DNA from: Acidobacteriota bacterium
GTDB taxonomy: Bacteria; Acidobacteriota; UBA890; WLXD01
Reading direction: 5' to 3'
DNA length: 64,000 bases
Assembly: GCA_963666215.2 (NCBI GenBank)
Contig: CAXWPL010000002.1
Location: 288,001-352,000, forward strand
In this document: positions 1 to 11,522 of the stretch, piece after piece
How the letters are laid out: every line of letters starts with the position of its first letter
Numbering within the stretch: the first letter of the stretch is position 1
Program-made: the position numbers and the translations under genes
The notes under the pieces: generated by a model
What the model was told of the DNA's origin: nothing
What the model saw: the letters and a program-made list of their open reading frames with translations, nothing else
The model's database searches: none

Positions 1-1081
1 TCGCCACCAACTCGGAGTGGCAACGGAGCCGCTTGGCCACGGGCTCGAGGCTTTCGACGAGCGCTAGGGTCTGAGCCTCCAGGCCATCGATGGTTCCGGC
101 GTCGTCGCAGATGATCTGCGCGTCCTGCCCAAAGCGCGCAGCCCGCCACTTGTTCTCGGCCACGACCCAGTAGCGCCGTACCGGAAGGAACTCGCCGTTG
201 TCGTAGAGCTCGCCGAGGCGCACAACCAGACACTGGATCAGCGCGGCGAGGGCCAGGTTCTCCTTGATTGTCGGAAGCGCGTCGGCGATACGGATCTCGA
301 TGGTCCCGAACACCGGGTGCGGGCGGATGTCCCACCACACCTCGCGGATACTGGTGATCGCGCCGGCGTGGGTAAGCGTGTTCATGAACCGCTGGAACTC
401 GCCCCAGTTGATCATTCGGTAGGGCAGTCCGGCCGAGGGCAGCGATTCGAAGATCTTCACGCGTACCGAGGCCAGGCCGGTGTCTTCGCCGTGCCAGAAC
501 GGACTCGAGGCCGACAGCGCCAGCAGGTGCGGCAGGAAAGTCGCCAGGGAGTTCGAGATGGCGATCGCTTTCTCGCCGCTGCTCACACCTACGTGCACGT
601 GCAGGCCGAAGATCATCAGGCGTCGCACCGGCCACTGCATGCGATCGAGCATCTCCTGGTAGCGATCTTCTTCGGTAATCTCCTGGCTCTCCCAGCGGGA
701 AAACGGATGCGTGCCGGCCGACACAAGCCCGTAGCCGTGCTTGTCGGCGCTCGCTTGAATGAGCGCCAAGCGCTCGTTGAGCGACTCGCGCGCCTCGCCG
801 ATGTCGTTGCAGGGACCAACGTTCATCTCAACGGTCGACTGCAACAACTCCGGCTTCACCCAATCGGCCCCTGGGAAATCGCTCAGAATCGCCGGGCCGC
901 CCGATACCAGCTGCCGCGTTTCCGGGTCGATGATCTGAAGCTCGAGCTCCATGCCAAGGGTGGGCTCGGGGCAGTTGTTGAAGACGATCTTGTTGACCTC
1001 TCCCTTGTGGGTGGCGTACCACGGGCCGGGCCGGGAGCCGTCGGGCTGGCTGCTGTGCTCGGATTCTTTTGGGGAACTCAT
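1..1081 (-). CDS. YbdK-family carboxylate-amine ligase (glutamate-cysteine ligase family 2); 3' end runs off the window
   Basis: Not in the ORF track. Hand translation from ATG 1081 (ATGA overlap with the upstream stop) gives TLGMELELQIID, KPELLQSTVE, SAGTHPF, IFGLHVHVG and VWWDIRPHPVFGTIEIR, all GCS2/YbdK motifs. Confidence 0.9.
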   Translation of the reverse strand, partial: MSSPKESEHSSQPDGSRPGPWYATHKGEVNKIVFNNCPEPTLGMELELQIIDPETRQLVSGGPAILSDFPGADWVKPELLQSTVEMNVGPCNDIGEARESLNERLALIQASADKHGYGLVSAGTHPFSRWESQEITEEDRYQEMLDRMQWPVRRLMIFGLHVHVGVSSGEKAIAISNSLATFLPHLLALSASSPFWHGEDTGLASVRVKIFESLPSAGLPYRMINWGEFQRFMNTLTHAGAITSIREVWWDIRPHPVFGTIEIRIADALPTIKENLALAALIQCLVVRLGELYDNGEFLPVRRYWVVAENKWRAARFGQDAQIICDDAGTIDGLEAQTLALVESLEPVAKRLRCHSELVA

Positions 1082-4000
1082 CGTCGAAACTCGATTTGCA
1101 ACTCGGCGCTCTGGTAGCTTTCTCCGGCGCCAGGAATCCTGAAGGCGAACGTCGCGCGACCCGGACCCGCTGCGACTACGCTGGCGCCGGGAACCCCGCG
1201 AACCGCGGCGATACGCCATGGCGTTGCCAGAGCAACACGGTACTCCCGACCCGGCAGGCCCTCTACCTTGAGCGTCTGGTACCCCGAACGGAAGATGCTG
1301 TCGATGATTCGCAACTGAGTGCTGCCAGCGCCCGGCTCGAGCGCTGGCGACGGCGGAATGATCTGCGGGAACGGGCTGTGTCGGAAGGCCACGTGGCCCT
1401 CCGATTCGGTCAATGTGGCGCGAACCACAGCCTCTTTTTCGACCACCAGATCGACGATGTCTTCGCCTGGATCCGTGATGGCGACGCCCGATGTTGCGTC
1501 ACGGTCGAGATTGACGAGCACATCGCGTGGTACCGGCAGCGCGAGCTCGAACACGATGTCGCTGCCGCCCGCGAGGCGCTCGATGTGGAACGAGCTTCGC
1601 TCCGGCTGGCGCTCGAAAGTGATGCGGAAGGCATCTTTTCCGACGCGCACGGGCTGGGCGACGACGTTGTCCCAACCGCCGGGCAGATGCGGCGCGAACC
1701 GCAGCGTGCCCTGCATGGCGTCCTGTCGGATTCCGAGCATGCCCTCCACGGCCGGCAGAATGGCCATGGCCTGCGACCAGGCACGGTGGGAGGTCGTGCC
1801 CACCGCCTCGAAGCGATCGCCGTGCAGGCCCTCGGTGATGTAGCCAAGGTTACCGTGGCGGTACAGACGCAGGTTCTGATTGAGCCGCATGTAGGCCGGG
1901 AGCGGGAGGTGAGAGACGTACCCGGCCAGCGACACCCAGCCGCCGTACAGCGGCCAGACGGCGCCGCGGTGATTGCTCGTGGGGTCGTACGCAGGGTGAG
2001 ACGCCTCGCTCATGCGCACGCCCCAGTCGGTGGTGAACTCGGCCCCCGCCAGACGCGCCAGCACGGCGCGCCCCTTGGCGTCGTCGAGCACCCGAAAGAG
2101 CATCGGCACCGCGGGCATCACGGTGCGCTCCTCGATCGCCGTGCCGTCGGCACGCAAGCCCTGGCGGAAGTGGCGCAGGTCGTCGTCCCAGAAGATCTCG
2201 TCGAGAGCTCGGCGCACGGTTGGCGCAAGCTCGCGCGCGCGTGCCAGCAACTCCTCGTCGTCGATCCAGCTAGCCAGCCGCTCGAGAGCGTCGAGAGACG
2301 CTGCCCACAGCCCGGCGAGATACAGCGTCGTGTGACCACGATTGACGGGACCCTCGTCGATCCATCCGTGCCCGATTCCGGTGTTCTCGATCAGGCCGTC
2401 GCCGTCGGTGTCGGTTGACTCGAGAAACGCGAACGCCGCGCGCACGCTCGGCCAAAGGCTGCGCAACAGCTCGCGGTCGCCGGTGGCGCGGATGTGATGG
2501 TCGAGGCCGATGAGAAAGAGCGGCGTCGAGTCGGCCGCGTCGTAGTGCACAGCGGCCTTGGGCGAGATCTCATGCGCGATTTTGCCGTCGACGTCCTGGT
2601 AGCGCGCCAGCAGCCGCAGCGTTTCGCTGGCCAAGTCGGTGCCGCCGTACGCGTCGGCGGCGAGCCCGCTCCACAGGCCATCGCGTCCGAAAAACCACGC
2701 GTAACCCGGGCGCCGTTCAAAATCATTGTCGCGCGTCCAGCTCGCCGCGCCGCGGTCGTCCAAACGCGATTCGGGGCTCGCGCCGTAGCCCGCGACAATG
2801 CCGGTGCCGACGTCGGGTGCCGTTACGCGAAGCGCCTCGAGACCCGCCTTGGCCCACAAGAACGCCTCGTTGAAGGTGGGATCGGGTGTCACGACGTCGA
2901 GCGTCTCGGCGAGGAGACGCCGGTAGTGGTTGGCGTTTTCTGCCCACACCGAGGCTGGATCGGAAAGCAGCTCGAGATAACTCGTGCGCGCTCCCGCGAG
3001 ATCGGCGTCGCGCCCGGTTGTAGCGGCGAGACTGAAGACGATGGCGGCCGTCTCGTCGGTGGGCAACGCTACCCGCAACGTGACGGGGCTGACATCGGCG
3101 GCCGGTGTGCCCGGACTCGTCGTTGATGTGGGCCCGTCGCCAGCACCGGCGTTGCTGTAGACGACGTCTGTGGGAGGGCGACCGAAGCCGGCGTAGACGT
3201 TGATCCCGGCTCCACGCGACGGGCTGTTCCGCCAGGCGAGCGCCTGCACGGTGCTGTCCCAGACGATTTGCGGTGGGTCGGCCTCGGCGTGCGGCCACAT
3301 CGGCTGCGCCTCTGCAGTCCAGCTAGCTACGAGCTCACGGCCGCCGCGACCGGGCTCATCCGCTATTTCGAAGAGCGCCACGAGGCCGCCGACGTCGCGC
3401 CGGACAGCCAGGTGCATGTTGACCTCGGCGCCGTCGAGCTCGTAGCTGAAGCTCACGCCTTCCGGTCGCGCGACGAACGACAAGGCGCGTGTCTCGTGCA
3501 GCCACGTCGGAGCGCCCCCGGGAGCCGCAAGGCCGAAGCGCAGCCCAACAGCGACGCGTCCCGGATAGGCCCACACTTCGTCGATGCGGCCGTTCTGGTC
3601 GCCGTTGATGAGCGTCCGAGGCGACGCCAGATTGAATGGTGTGCGGCTGCCATCGCTGGCAGGGGTGGTCTCGAGCTCGAGCCCGGAGCGTGCCGCGGCA
3701 ACCGCTTCAAGTGTCGCTCTGCCGTCCGCTAGCTGTGGCCCGAGTCCGGCGGACTGCTCGATCGCGATCCCGATCTGCAGCTCTTCGGTGCCGGCCTGGC
3801 GCCAGTAGGTGGCCGTGGTGCCGAGGGACGGCCGATCGGCCCCGCCTTCGATGGTCTCGGGCGCCGCAGCCGCCGCGGTCGGGGCCACTGGCCCGCCCAC
3901 GTCGCTCGGGGTCAGCGCTACAACCGGAGCCCCCGTGGACGGGATGGCCGCGCCCGTAGGCGTGGGCGGAAGACTGCCTTCGAGGTAGGTCAGCAGATCA

Positions 4001-4797
4001 GTAAACAGCAGCTCGAGGTGGAGCCGCTGGCGGTTCGAGCGATCGGCGAAGTAGGGGCCCTGCCCGAGAGTGACCACGAGGCCGCCGCGGTGTCCCTCGT
4101 CGGGTGGGTATTCGAGGCCGACCTTCGTGTCGCTATCGATCCGAATGGCGCGGCGGCCAACCGCCCACACCCGTCCTTGATCGGGCCAGGTCGAGGCGCT
4201 GTATCGAGCTACCGGATACGACAGTTCGGGGCTCGGCGCATGGATGTATGTCCCTCCCCAAAATCGCCGCAGCAGCGGGTGGCCAGCATACGACTGCACC
4301 CCGACGAGCAGGCGATCGTCGTCAGCCCAGCGGGTGAACTCTGAGCCCGGTGCGAATCGCACTTCGTCGGGGCCGCGCGTCTCGAGGCCGAGCGGCACGG
4401 TGTACTGCGCCGCAAAGAGCGTCAGCAGTAACGCCCCGTCAGACGCGATATGCGCGCGAATCGCGGCCAGCAGCCGTGGGTCGAACGCTGCCGACGGAAG
4501 CTCCGGGTCGCGAGCGTAGTGCCACCAGAGCAGACTGGAGGAAGTCAGCCGGCGGCCGGCCAGGTCGATGAGCTGCACCACCTCGACGTCGATTCCCGGC
4601 TGCTCTCGCAACCACATGAGCGCCGCGGCTTCCTCGGGTGCCAGCGAGGCCTCGAGCCCGTGGGTCAGGAAGGCGACGTGTCGAGGCTCTTCTCCGCGCC
4701 CGGCGAGTGCGGCCGGTCCTGCTCCATCGCCGCAGTGGGTGCCCAGGGCGAGAACGGCCAGCAGAGCAAGGGCCGTAGCCCGGCGTCGTTGCGGCAG
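1078..4797 (-). CDS. Large exported glycoside hydrolase (amylo-alpha-1,6-glucosidase/GDE-like alpha-barrel) with N-terminal DUF4960-like domain; probable lipoprotein
   Basis: ORF 1078-4617 has PGYAWFFGRD, YDAADSTPLF and HRGAVWPLYGGW motifs. The frame stays open upstream to a signal-like segment (QRRRATALALLAVLALGTHC). The start is uncertain (CTG 4797 or ATG 4617). Confidence 0.75.
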   Translation of the reverse strand: MPQRRRATALALLAVLALGTHCGDGAGPAALAGRGEEPRHVAFLTHGLEASLAPEEAAALMWLREQPGIDVEVVQLIDLAGRRLTSSSLLWWHYARDPELPSAAFDPRLLAAIRAHIASDGALLLTLFAAQYTVPLGLETRGPDEVRFAPGSEFTRWADDDRLLVGVQSYAGHPLLRRFWGGTYIHAPSPELSYPVARYSASTWPDQGRVWAVGRRAIRIDSDTKVGLEYPPDEGHRGGLVVTLGQGPYFADRSNRQRLHLELLFTDLLTYLEGSLPPTPTGAAIPSTGAPVVALTPSDVGGPVAPTAAAAAPETIEGGADRPSLGTTATYWRQAGTEELQIGIAIEQSAGLGPQLADGRATLEAVAAARSGLELETTPASDGSRTPFNLASPRTLINGDQNGRIDEVWAYPGRVAVGLRFGLAAPGGAPTWLHETRALSFVARPEGVSFSYELDGAEVNMHLAVRRDVGGLVALFEIADEPGRGGRELVASWTAEAQPMWPHAEADPPQIVWDSTVQALAWRNSPSRGAGINVYAGFGRPPTDVVYSNAGAGDGPTSTTSPGTPAADVSPVTLRVALPTDETAAIVFSLAATTGRDADLAGARTSYLELLSDPASVWAENANHYRRLLAETLDVVTPDPTFNEAFLWAKAGLEALRVTAPDVGTGIVAGYGASPESRLDDRGAASWTRDNDFERRPGYAWFFGRDGLWSGLAADAYGGTDLASETLRLLARYQDVDGKIAHEISPKAAVHYDAADSTPLFLIGLDHHIRATGDRELLRSLWPSVRAAFAFLESTDTDGDGLIENTGIGHGWIDEGPVNRGHTTLYLAGLWAASLDALERLASWIDDEELLARARELAPTVRRALDEIFWDDDLRHFRQGLRADGTAIEERTVMPAVPMLFRVLDDAKGRAVLARLAGAEFTTDWGVRMSEASHPAYDPTSNHRGAVWPLYGGWVSLAGYVSHLPLPAYMRLNQNLRLYRHGNLGYITEGLHGDRFEAVGTTSHRAWSQAMAILPAVEGMLGIRQDAMQGTLRFAPHLPGGWDNVVAQPVRVGKDAFRITFERQPERSSFHIERLAGGSDIVFELALPVPRDVLVNLDRDATSGVAITDPGEDIVDLVVEKEAVVRATLTESEGHVAFRHSPFPQIIPPSPALEPGAGSTQLRIIDSIFRSGYQTLKVEGLPGREYRVALATPWRIAAVRGVPGASVVAAGPGRATFAFRIPGAGESYQSAELQIEFRR

Positions 4798-4801
4798 AGC
4801 G

Positions 4802-6493
4802 TTACCGTTGGTTGCCGCCGAGACCGGCGAGCGAGATGTCGAAGCCGAAGCTGCTTAGCAGCGTGCCCTTGACCTGCTCGAGCCGGGCGATCGCGTTGTT
4901 GAAGTTGATGATCGCCTGCAGCTCCGAGCTGCGTGAGGTTGCGAGCTGGCGCTGGAATTCGAGCACCTGGAAGTTGGTCGAGGTGCCTACGGCGAACTTT
5001 CGCCCCTCGGCATCGAGCTGGCGCTCGGCGAGCTCACGCGCCGTGATCGCCTGTGCCACCTGTTCTACGCCGCTCTCGACTTGGCGGGCCGCTTTCGTCA
5101 CATCCACGCGAACCTGCTGCTCCTGGTCGGCGATTTGTGTGAGCACGTTGCGCTCGTTTATCGAGGCCTGCGCGTAGGCCGCCTTGGCAGCCCAGTTGCG
5201 CAGCGGAAAGTTGACGGTAAGTCCGACGCTCCAGTTGCGGAAGTTCCCCGACAGGAGGTTCTGCAGCGCATCGTTGATGCCGCCCTGCTGAACTTCGAGG
5301 ACGTCTGACGACCCGAACCCGCCGGAAGTGACGATACGGTCACCGCCCTGACCCGACAGCTGAATCGAGCCGTTGAAGGTCAGTTGTGGCAGAAGCGCGT
5401 TGCGCTGGACCCTCAAGTTGAGCTTGCGACTCTCCAAATCGATCCGCAGTCGACGCAACGACGGAGCCTGCTCCAGCGCGTCGGCGATGGCGGCCTGCGT
5501 GTCGATCGGCTCGGTGGTCACCTGCGGATCGTCGGTGGGAACAATGCTCACCGCCCAACCGCCCGAGAGGCCGCTGTCGGCGTTGATGAGTCGCTTCAGG
5601 TCGTCTTGGGCATCGCGCAACGCGACCTGCGACTGGATCAACTGCAGCTGATTCTGCGCTACTTGCTGCTCCGACTGGATCGTCTCGATCGGGGCCAGTG
5701 TGCCGATTTCCACCTGGATTCGGTTGCGCTCGAGCTGCCTGTTGGACAGGTCGAGGGAGAGCTGCTTGACCTCGAGGTCGCGCACGGCGAGCACGAGCTG
5801 CCAGTAGGCCTGTTGCGTCTGAAAGATGGTCTGTTCCACAGACTGGAGAAAACTCTCCTTGCTGCCCTCCCAGCCGTTCCGCGCCGTGATGAGGTTGGCG
5901 CGGTTGATCTCGCGTCCGAAACCACGCAGGAGTTGCTGCGTCACGCTCAGCGTCGCGCTCGTACCGATCTGCGGGTTGAGTGTGCTGAACGTGTTGTTCG
6001 TGACATTGCGGTTGGTGTTGCCGGTGAGCGACCAGTTGGTACCGGTGGTCAGCGTCTCCGAAAAACTGAAGCTCGCATTGATGCGCTCCGACGTCAGGAC
6101 GTCCGCACCCGACAGCTGCGTGGTTCCCTGCGACGAGGAGCGGTTGAATGTCTGGGGTAGCTGGAACTGGATCTGCGGATCGAACTGGGCGCGGGCGTTC
6201 GTGATCTGTTCTTCGCTCAGATCAGGCTGGTAGGAGTTGATCTGAACCTGGAGGTTGTGGCGCAGCGCTAGGTCGACGGCGTCGAGCAGGCTGAGCTCCA
6301 CGGCCGGCTCCTGTTCTTCCCCACGCGCGGCCTGCGGCTCAGCCTGTTGCCGCGTGATAGGCGAGGCCTGGGGGCCGATTGCTTGGGCGTTGAGAACGCC
6401 GACGGGCGAAAGAGTGGCGAAGGCGGCCAGCAGTCCGATCCCCGCCGCGAGTGGCGACGACGTCGATATTCTGCCGGGCTGTCGAATCTGCAT
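4802..6493 (-). CDS. TolC-family outer membrane efflux protein
   Basis: Signal peptide, LSLLDAVDLALRHN and two OEP-like repeats; AGGAGG RBS upstream of ATG 6493. Confidence 0.9.
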   Translation of the reverse strand: MQIRQPGRISTSSPLAAGIGLLAAFATLSPVGVLNAQAIGPQASPITRQQAEPQAARGEEQEPAVELSLLDAVDLALRHNLQVQINSYQPDLSEEQITNARAQFDPQIQFQLPQTFNRSSSQGTTQLSGADVLTSERINASFSFSETLTTGTNWSLTGNTNRNVTNNTFSTLNPQIGTSATLSVTQQLLRGFGREINRANLITARNGWEGSKESFLQSVEQTIFQTQQAYWQLVLAVRDLEVKQLSLDLSNRQLERNRIQVEIGTLAPIETIQSEQQVAQNQLQLIQSQVALRDAQDDLKRLINADSGLSGGWAVSIVPTDDPQVTTEPIDTQAAIADALEQAPSLRRLRIDLESRKLNLRVQRNALLPQLTFNGSIQLSGQGGDRIVTSGGFGSSDVLEVQQGGINDALQNLLSGNFRNWSVGLTVNFPLRNWAAKAAYAQASINERNVLTQIADQEQQVRVDVTKAARQVESGVEQVAQAITARELAERQLDAEGRKFAVGTSTNFQVLEFQRQLATSRSSELQAIINFNNAIARLEQVKGTLLSSFGFDISLAGLGGNQR

Positions 6494-6659
6494 GCGGGTC
6501 CGTCCTCCTGACGGGCTGGGCGCAGCTTCGTATTGTTGGGACGCGGGAAGGCCGAAGCAAGTCGATAAGAAAAGGAAGCGCGAGCGCGCGGCTCTCAAGC
6601 TACCGGATGAGTGCCAATAGGATCCTGTTTTCGGCGCGGTTACGTGTGCGGCAAGCCCC

Positions 6660-7916
6660 TTATTCGTAACGCAGCGCATCGACCGGGTCGAGTCGCGCGG
6701 CGCGATTGGCGGGGTAGATTCCGGAGACCACGCCGATCAGAGACGAAGTCCCGACCGCAATAGCGAACGACCACCAGGGCAGAGAGATCGGAAATCCGGT
6801 TGCCTTGTGGGCCGCATAGCCCACGCCAGCGCCGATCGCGGCACCCAGAGCGCCGCCCGCAGCGGCGAGCGCAATGGCCTCCGCGAGGAACTGTACGAGC
6901 ACGTCGCTGCGCCGAGCACCTAGTGCCTTGCGGATGCCGATCTCCCGCGTGCGCTCGGTGACCGACACCAACATGATCGCCATCACGCCAATGCCGCCGA
7001 CCATCAGCGCCACCGACGACAGCGCCACCAGTGCCAGGAAGAAGTAGGTCGTCAGGTCCTTCCAGAGCTGCAGGAGGTTCTCCTGGTTGATCAGGTCGAA
7101 GTCGGGCAGCTCGTCGGCGCGCAGCCCGTGGCGGGCGCGCATGATGCCTTCCACCTCGTTGCCCATCTCGTCCACCGTGTACCCCTCAGCGGCACGCATG
7201 ACGACCATTGTGCCCTGTGGCTCGGGACCGTAGAGCTTGCGGTAGTTGCTGGCCGGTACGATGACGAAGTTGTCGGCCTGGTCGCCGGCAATGCTGCTCG
7301 CTTGCCGAGCTTTGATCGTGCCGATCACGCGATACTCGCGTCCTTTCACTCGCACACGTCGATTGATCGGGTCGCCTGTCGGAAAGAGCGTGTCCACAGG
7401 GCCGTTGCCCAACAGGACGACGTCGCTACGCTGGCCGATGTCGATCGGGGTGAGGAACCTCCCGGCAGCGAGCTCCATGTCGCCGGCTTCGATGAAGCGT
7501 GGGCTCACCCCCATTACGATCGTCTGGCGCGTGCGGTTGCCCCGGTAGCTGACGTCGGCGACGCTCGGCGGGAAACCCTGGCCGTACATCACCGAGACGC
7601 GATGCACGCTGTCGGCAAGCTCCTCGATGGCCTCGGCGTCGCGATCGGTGACGTCGGGGCGACTCATCAGACGGCGGAATTTTTCGCCGGAGGTCACCAG
7701 GCGGCCACCCCACTTCACCAAGAAGAGGGTGTCGGAGCCGAGCGTTTGGATCTGCCCGGTCATCATCTTGTCGAAGCCGCGTATCAGCGCGGTCATGCCG
7801 ACGACCATGGTGATGCCAATGACGATTCCGAGGACGGTCAGCACAGAGCGCATCTTGTGCGCCCGGAGGCTGTCCCAGGCCATCTTCAAAATCTCGCCGA
7901 CGACGAAGCTACGCAT
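6660..7916 (-). CDS. MacB/FtsX-family ABC transporter permease
   Basis: [41 protein letters not shown] and [17 protein letters not shown]. Confidence 0.93.
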   Translation of the reverse strand: MRSFVVGEILKMAWDSLRAHKMRSVLTVLGIVIGITMVVGMTALIRGFDKMMTGQIQTLGSDTLFLVKWGGRLVTSGEKFRRLMSRPDVTDRDAEAIEELADSVHRVSVMYGQGFPPSVADVSYRGNRTRQTIVMGVSPRFIEAGDMELAAGRFLTPIDIGQRSDVVLLGNGPVDTLFPTGDPINRRVRVKGREYRVIGTIKARQASSIAGDQADNFVIVPASNYRKLYGPEPQGTMVVMRAAEGYTVDEMGNEVEGIMRARHGLRADELPDFDLINQENLLQLWKDLTTYFFLALVALSSVALMVGGIGVMAIMLVSVTERTREIGIRKALGARRSDVLVQFLAEAIALAAAGGALGAAIGAGVGYAAHKATGFPISLPWWSFAIAVGTSSLIGVVSGIYPANRAARLDPVDALRYE

Positions 7917-8006
7917 GCCTACTTCTCTCCGCTCCGCAGCCCGCCTACCGGGCTCGTTCTGGTACCGGGCCCACTGTATTAGGAGGCGGGCTCTTTCTGG
8001 ATCGCG

Positions 8007-9275
8007 CTACTCGTAGCGCAGCGCCTCGATCGGGTCGAGCCTGGCCGCCTTGCTCGCTGGATAAATGCCGAATACCACGCCAACAATCATCACGGTGCCG
8101 AGTGCTGCGAGGATCGACCATGTGGCCAGAACGTAGGGCAGGGGAGTGAACGCGGCAATCAACGTAGCGGCGACGTAGCCCAACGTGATTCCAATGATGC
8201 CGCCGGTTAGCGACATCGTGACGGCCTCGACGAGGAACTGCCAAAGAATCTGCTGGTAGGTGGCGCCCACTGCCTTACGCACGCCCACCTCGCGCGTGCG
8301 TTCGGTGACGACCATCAACATGATGTTCATGATCACGATGCCGCCCACCACGAGCGACATCGCGACGATACCGACGAGCGCGCCGTAGATCCCCTGAGTG
8401 AACTGGTTGTAGAGGTCGACAAATGTATCGGAGCTCATGATGGCGAAGTCGTCATCGTCGCGTGGTCGCAGTTGATGCCGCACGCGCATCAGGAGGCGTG
8501 CCTCGTCCATCGCTTCTTGGAGCATCTCGGGACTGTCCGGCTTGACGGTGAACTCGAGTGACCGTCGCGAGCCGAAGAGGCGCAGAAAAGAGCCGATCGG
8601 AATGATCGCGACCTCGTCTTGTGAGAAGCCGAAGGCACTACCGCGGCTGTTCGAAACACCGATGACGGTGAAATGGATGTCGTCGATGCGAATCCGCTTG
8701 CCGAGGGCGCTGGCTGGGTCGAGCCCGGGAAAGAGCTCGTCGACCACGTCGGGTGCGAGGATGGCGACCGAACGATTGCGCTGCACCTCGAGTAGTGAAA
8801 AGTAGCGACCGTGCGCCAGTCCCGTGCCGTCGATCAGGCCCCATTCGAACGAGCGTCCCTCGATGTCGATGCGATCGAGCGAAACGTTGCCGTACTCCAC
8901 GCGGGCGTTGCCGTCGGATTGCTCGACCACAGCGGCGAATGTTTGAGCCGATTCGCGCAGTACGCGCGCGTCGTCGCGCGTCAGGCGCGGCCGGTTCCGC
9001 ATGGCCATGAAATCGTCGTGCGAGAAGGACAGCCCCATTCGCCGGACGTTGAAAACGTCGGCGCCCTCCGCGGTGAATAGCCCGGTGACCTCGGCGTTGA
9101 CGCCCTGGATGATCGTGACCACCAAGACGATCGAGCTGACGGCGACGATGTTTCCGAGGACGGTGAGGAAGGAGCGCAACTTGTTGGCCCAAATCGAGTC
9201 GAGCGCGATCGCCACCCCCTCGCCCAGTCCGACAGCGGTGTTCGAACGCTGGCGCCCGGAGGTGGCTCGACTCAT
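8007..9275 (-). CDS. MacB/FtsX-family ABC transporter permease (second paralog)
   Basis: [40 protein letters not shown] and [17 protein letters not shown]. Confidence 0.93.
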   Translation of the reverse strand: MSRATSGRQRSNTAVGLGEGVAIALDSIWANKLRSFLTVLGNIVAVSSIVLVVTIIQGVNAEVTGLFTAEGADVFNVRRMGLSFSHDDFMAMRNRPRLTRDDARVLRESAQTFAAVVEQSDGNARVEYGNVSLDRIDIEGRSFEWGLIDGTGLAHGRYFSLLEVQRNRSVAILAPDVVDELFPGLDPASALGKRIRIDDIHFTVIGVSNSRGSAFGFSQDEVAIIPIGSFLRLFGSRRSLEFTVKPDSPEMLQEAMDEARLLMRVRHQLRPRDDDDFAIMSSDTFVDLYNQFTQGIYGALVGIVAMSLVVGGIVIMNIMLMVVTERTREVGVRKAVGATYQQILWQFLVEAVTMSLTGGIIGITLGYVAATLIAAFTPLPYVLATWSILAALGTVMIVGVVFGIYPASKAARLDPIEALRYE

Positions 9276-10069
9276 TCGTTGTCGTCCACCACTGGCGGGG
9301 TGGGGATACGTGGTGTCTGGAGCTCGTCGCTCACCAATCGGCCGTCCAGAAAGTGGGTCACTCGGTGGGCGTAGTGGGCGATGTCGGACTCGTGGGTCAC
9401 GAGCACGATGGTCTGCCCGCTACTGTGCAGGTTCACCACCAGTTCCATGATCTCGTACGAGGTCTTGCTGTCGAGGTTCCCGGTGGGCTCGTCGGCGAGC
9501 AGAATCGCTGGCTCGTTGACCAGCGCGCGCGCCATCGCGACGCGTTGCCGCTGGCCACCCGAGAGCTCGTTGGGGCGATGGTCGGCACGGTCGGACAGAC
9601 CGGTCCGATCGAGCGCCCCCATGGCACGCTCGCGGCGCTCGCGTCGGCCCACACCAGCGTAGATCAGCGGCAGCTCCACGTTGTGAAGAGCGGTGGCGCG
9701 GGGCAGGAGATTGAACGTCTGGAAGACGAAGCCGATCTCGCGGTTGCGCACAGCGGCCAGCTCGTTGTCGTCGAGGTTGCTGACGCCCTGGCCGTTGAGC
9801 GTGTAGTCGCCCGCGGTGGGTGAGTCGAGACAGCCGAGCAGGTTCATCAGCGTCGACTTGCCCGAGCCCGAGGGCCCCATGATGGCGATGAACTCGTTCC
9901 TCTCGATGTCGAGGTCGACGTCCCTCAGCGCGTGAACCTTCATGCGGCCCATCGTGTAGGTCTTCGAGAGGCCACGGGTCCTGATCATCGGCTCGCCCGC
10001 CGTCTGCCCGGGCGGAGCGCGGAATGGATCTTCTGGAGCTTCACTCGCCCGGGGCGCGTTGGCGCTCAT
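9272..10069 (-). CDS. ABC transporter ATP-binding protein (LolD/MacB type)
   Basis: Walker [10 protein letters not shown], signature LSGGQRQR, Walker [12 protein letters not shown]. Confidence 0.95.
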   Translation of the reverse strand: MSANAPRASEAPEDPFRAPPGQTAGEPMIRTRGLSKTYTMGRMKVHALRDVDLDIERNEFIAIMGPSGSGKSTLMNLLGCLDSPTAGDYTLNGQGVSNLDDNELAAVRNREIGFVFQTFNLLPRATALHNVELPLIYAGVGRRERRERAMGALDRTGLSDRADHRPNELSGGQRQRVAMARALVNEPAILLADEPTGNLDSKTSYEIMELVVNLHSSGQTIVLVTHESDIAHYAHRVTHFLDGRLVSDELQTPRIPTPPVVDDNE

Positions 10070-11367
10070 TCTTCGTCCTCGTCGCGATTCGAACCACGCC
10101 GTGAAGGGCGCTCGCGAATCTTGACCTGTTCGCCGTCCTGCAGTGTGCGCAGCACGTCGAAGGGGCCGGTAATCAGGTCGTCTCCCTCGGCGAATCCCTC
10201 GAGCGCTTCGAAATGACGTTCGCCGGCAATGCCGATCTCAACGGGTACGAAGACGGCCTCGCCGTCGCGTAGGACGAAGGCTCCTTCCACCTCACGAGTC
10301 GAGTTGTCGTCCTCATCCGTCTCCCGCGCGGCTGCCAGAAGCTCCTCGATCGGGTCGCGCTTGATGATGTTCCCGTCCTCGTCGAACTCGAGCTCGCGCA
10401 GCATCAGCGCTTGAATCGGGACGGCGATCGCCTGCGCGCGCTCCTTGGTGGTGATGTCGGCTGTGCAGGAAAGCCCAGGCCGCGCTCCGGGGACGTTCTC
10501 GACGACTCGCACGACGACCTTGAAGTTGATTGCCTGTCCGCTGGCAGCCTGCGCGCTGACACCACCGATCGGGCTCTTGCCCACCTCAACGACCTGCGCG
10601 TCGAAGGTCACGTCGGGGAAAGCGTCAATACGAACTTCGGCCGCCTGGCCGAGCTCCACCGAGACGATGTCGGTCTCATCGATCTCGATCTCCGCTTCGA
10701 CCACCGAGAGATCGGCGATGCGCAGCAGCACGGTGCCGGCGTTGTTCATCGTGCCGGTCACCACGTTCTCGCCCTGCTCGACGTTGAGCTGGGTAATGAT
10801 GCCGGCGATCGGCGAGCGGATGGTGACGTTCGACAGGCTGTGGCGCGACTGCACGATTTGCGCTTCGAGCCGCGCGATGTCCTGGGCTCGCATCTCGACG
10901 TTGCGCTCTTCGCGCCGCGCCGCCTGCCTGGCCTGGTCGAGTGCCGCTTTCGAGGTCAGATCCTGCTGGAACAGACCCTCCTGACGGTCGAGCTCGCGGC
11001 TGGCGAACTCGTGGTTCTCTTCGGCCGCTCGCAGCTGGATCTTTGCCGACTCGATGCTCGCTTCCACTTGGTTGACGGCGCTTTGTAGCGCCACCGGATC
11101 GATTTGCAGCAGCATGTCGTCGACGTCGACTTCTTGGCCTTCCACCACCCTAAGGTCGGTGATGCGGCCCATGACGTTGGCGGAGATGTCGACGTCTTTG
11201 GCGGCGCGAATGCGGCCGGAGCCGGAGACGATCGCAGTCAGGTCGCGACGCTTGACCTTCTCGACGTCGATCTCGATGGCTGCGGGCTTGCGGTTGATGT
11301 TGGCGAAAACGCCCAGCGCCACGACCGCGACGATGGCGAGCGCAACGACTATTTTTTTCATCGACAT
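10066..11367 (-). CDS. MacA/HlyD-type periplasmic adaptor subunit
   Basis: N-terminal TM anchor, lipoyl halves flanking a coiled coil (IRSPIAG), beta-barrel; first gene of the exporter operon. Confidence 0.9.
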   Translation of the reverse strand: MSMKKIVVALAIVAVVALGVFANINRKPAAIEIDVEKVKRRDLTAIVSGSGRIRAAKDVDISANVMGRITDLRVVEGQEVDVDDMLLQIDPVALQSAVNQVEASIESAKIQLRAAEENHEFASRELDRQEGLFQQDLTSKAALDQARQAARREERNVEMRAQDIARLEAQIVQSRHSLSNVTIRSPIAGIITQLNVEQGENVVTGTMNNAGTVLLRIADLSVVEAEIEIDETDIVSVELGQAAEVRIDAFPDVTFDAQVVEVGKSPIGGVSAQAASGQAINFKVVVRVVENVPGARPGLSCTADITTKERAQAIAVPIQALMLRELEFDEDGNIIKRDPIEELLAAARETDEDDNSTREVEGAFVLRDGEAVFVPVEIGIAGERHFEALEGFAEGDDLITGPFDVLRTLQDGEQVKIRERPSRRGSNRDEDEE

Positions 11368-11522
11368 GACGACTCGAGGGCCAGCGCTGGCGCTTCGGAA
11401 GAGCTCAGCCTAAAGGGTAGAGACACCCCCTGGTGGCGGGCAAGCAGCTGCAGCACGGTCGGTTGAGTGGGGGCTTGGACGGGAGGTCCTCCGCCATGAA
11501 TGGAGCGAACCAACAGTTTGAG

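Noticed and set aside
317-2418. Long + strand ORFs (317-1117, 1069-2418) and similar long antisense ORFs elsewhere (21628-23652, 23964-25616, 50883-52481)
   Set aside because: Shadow ORFs opposite well-supported genes, expected in high-GC DNA; no motifs.
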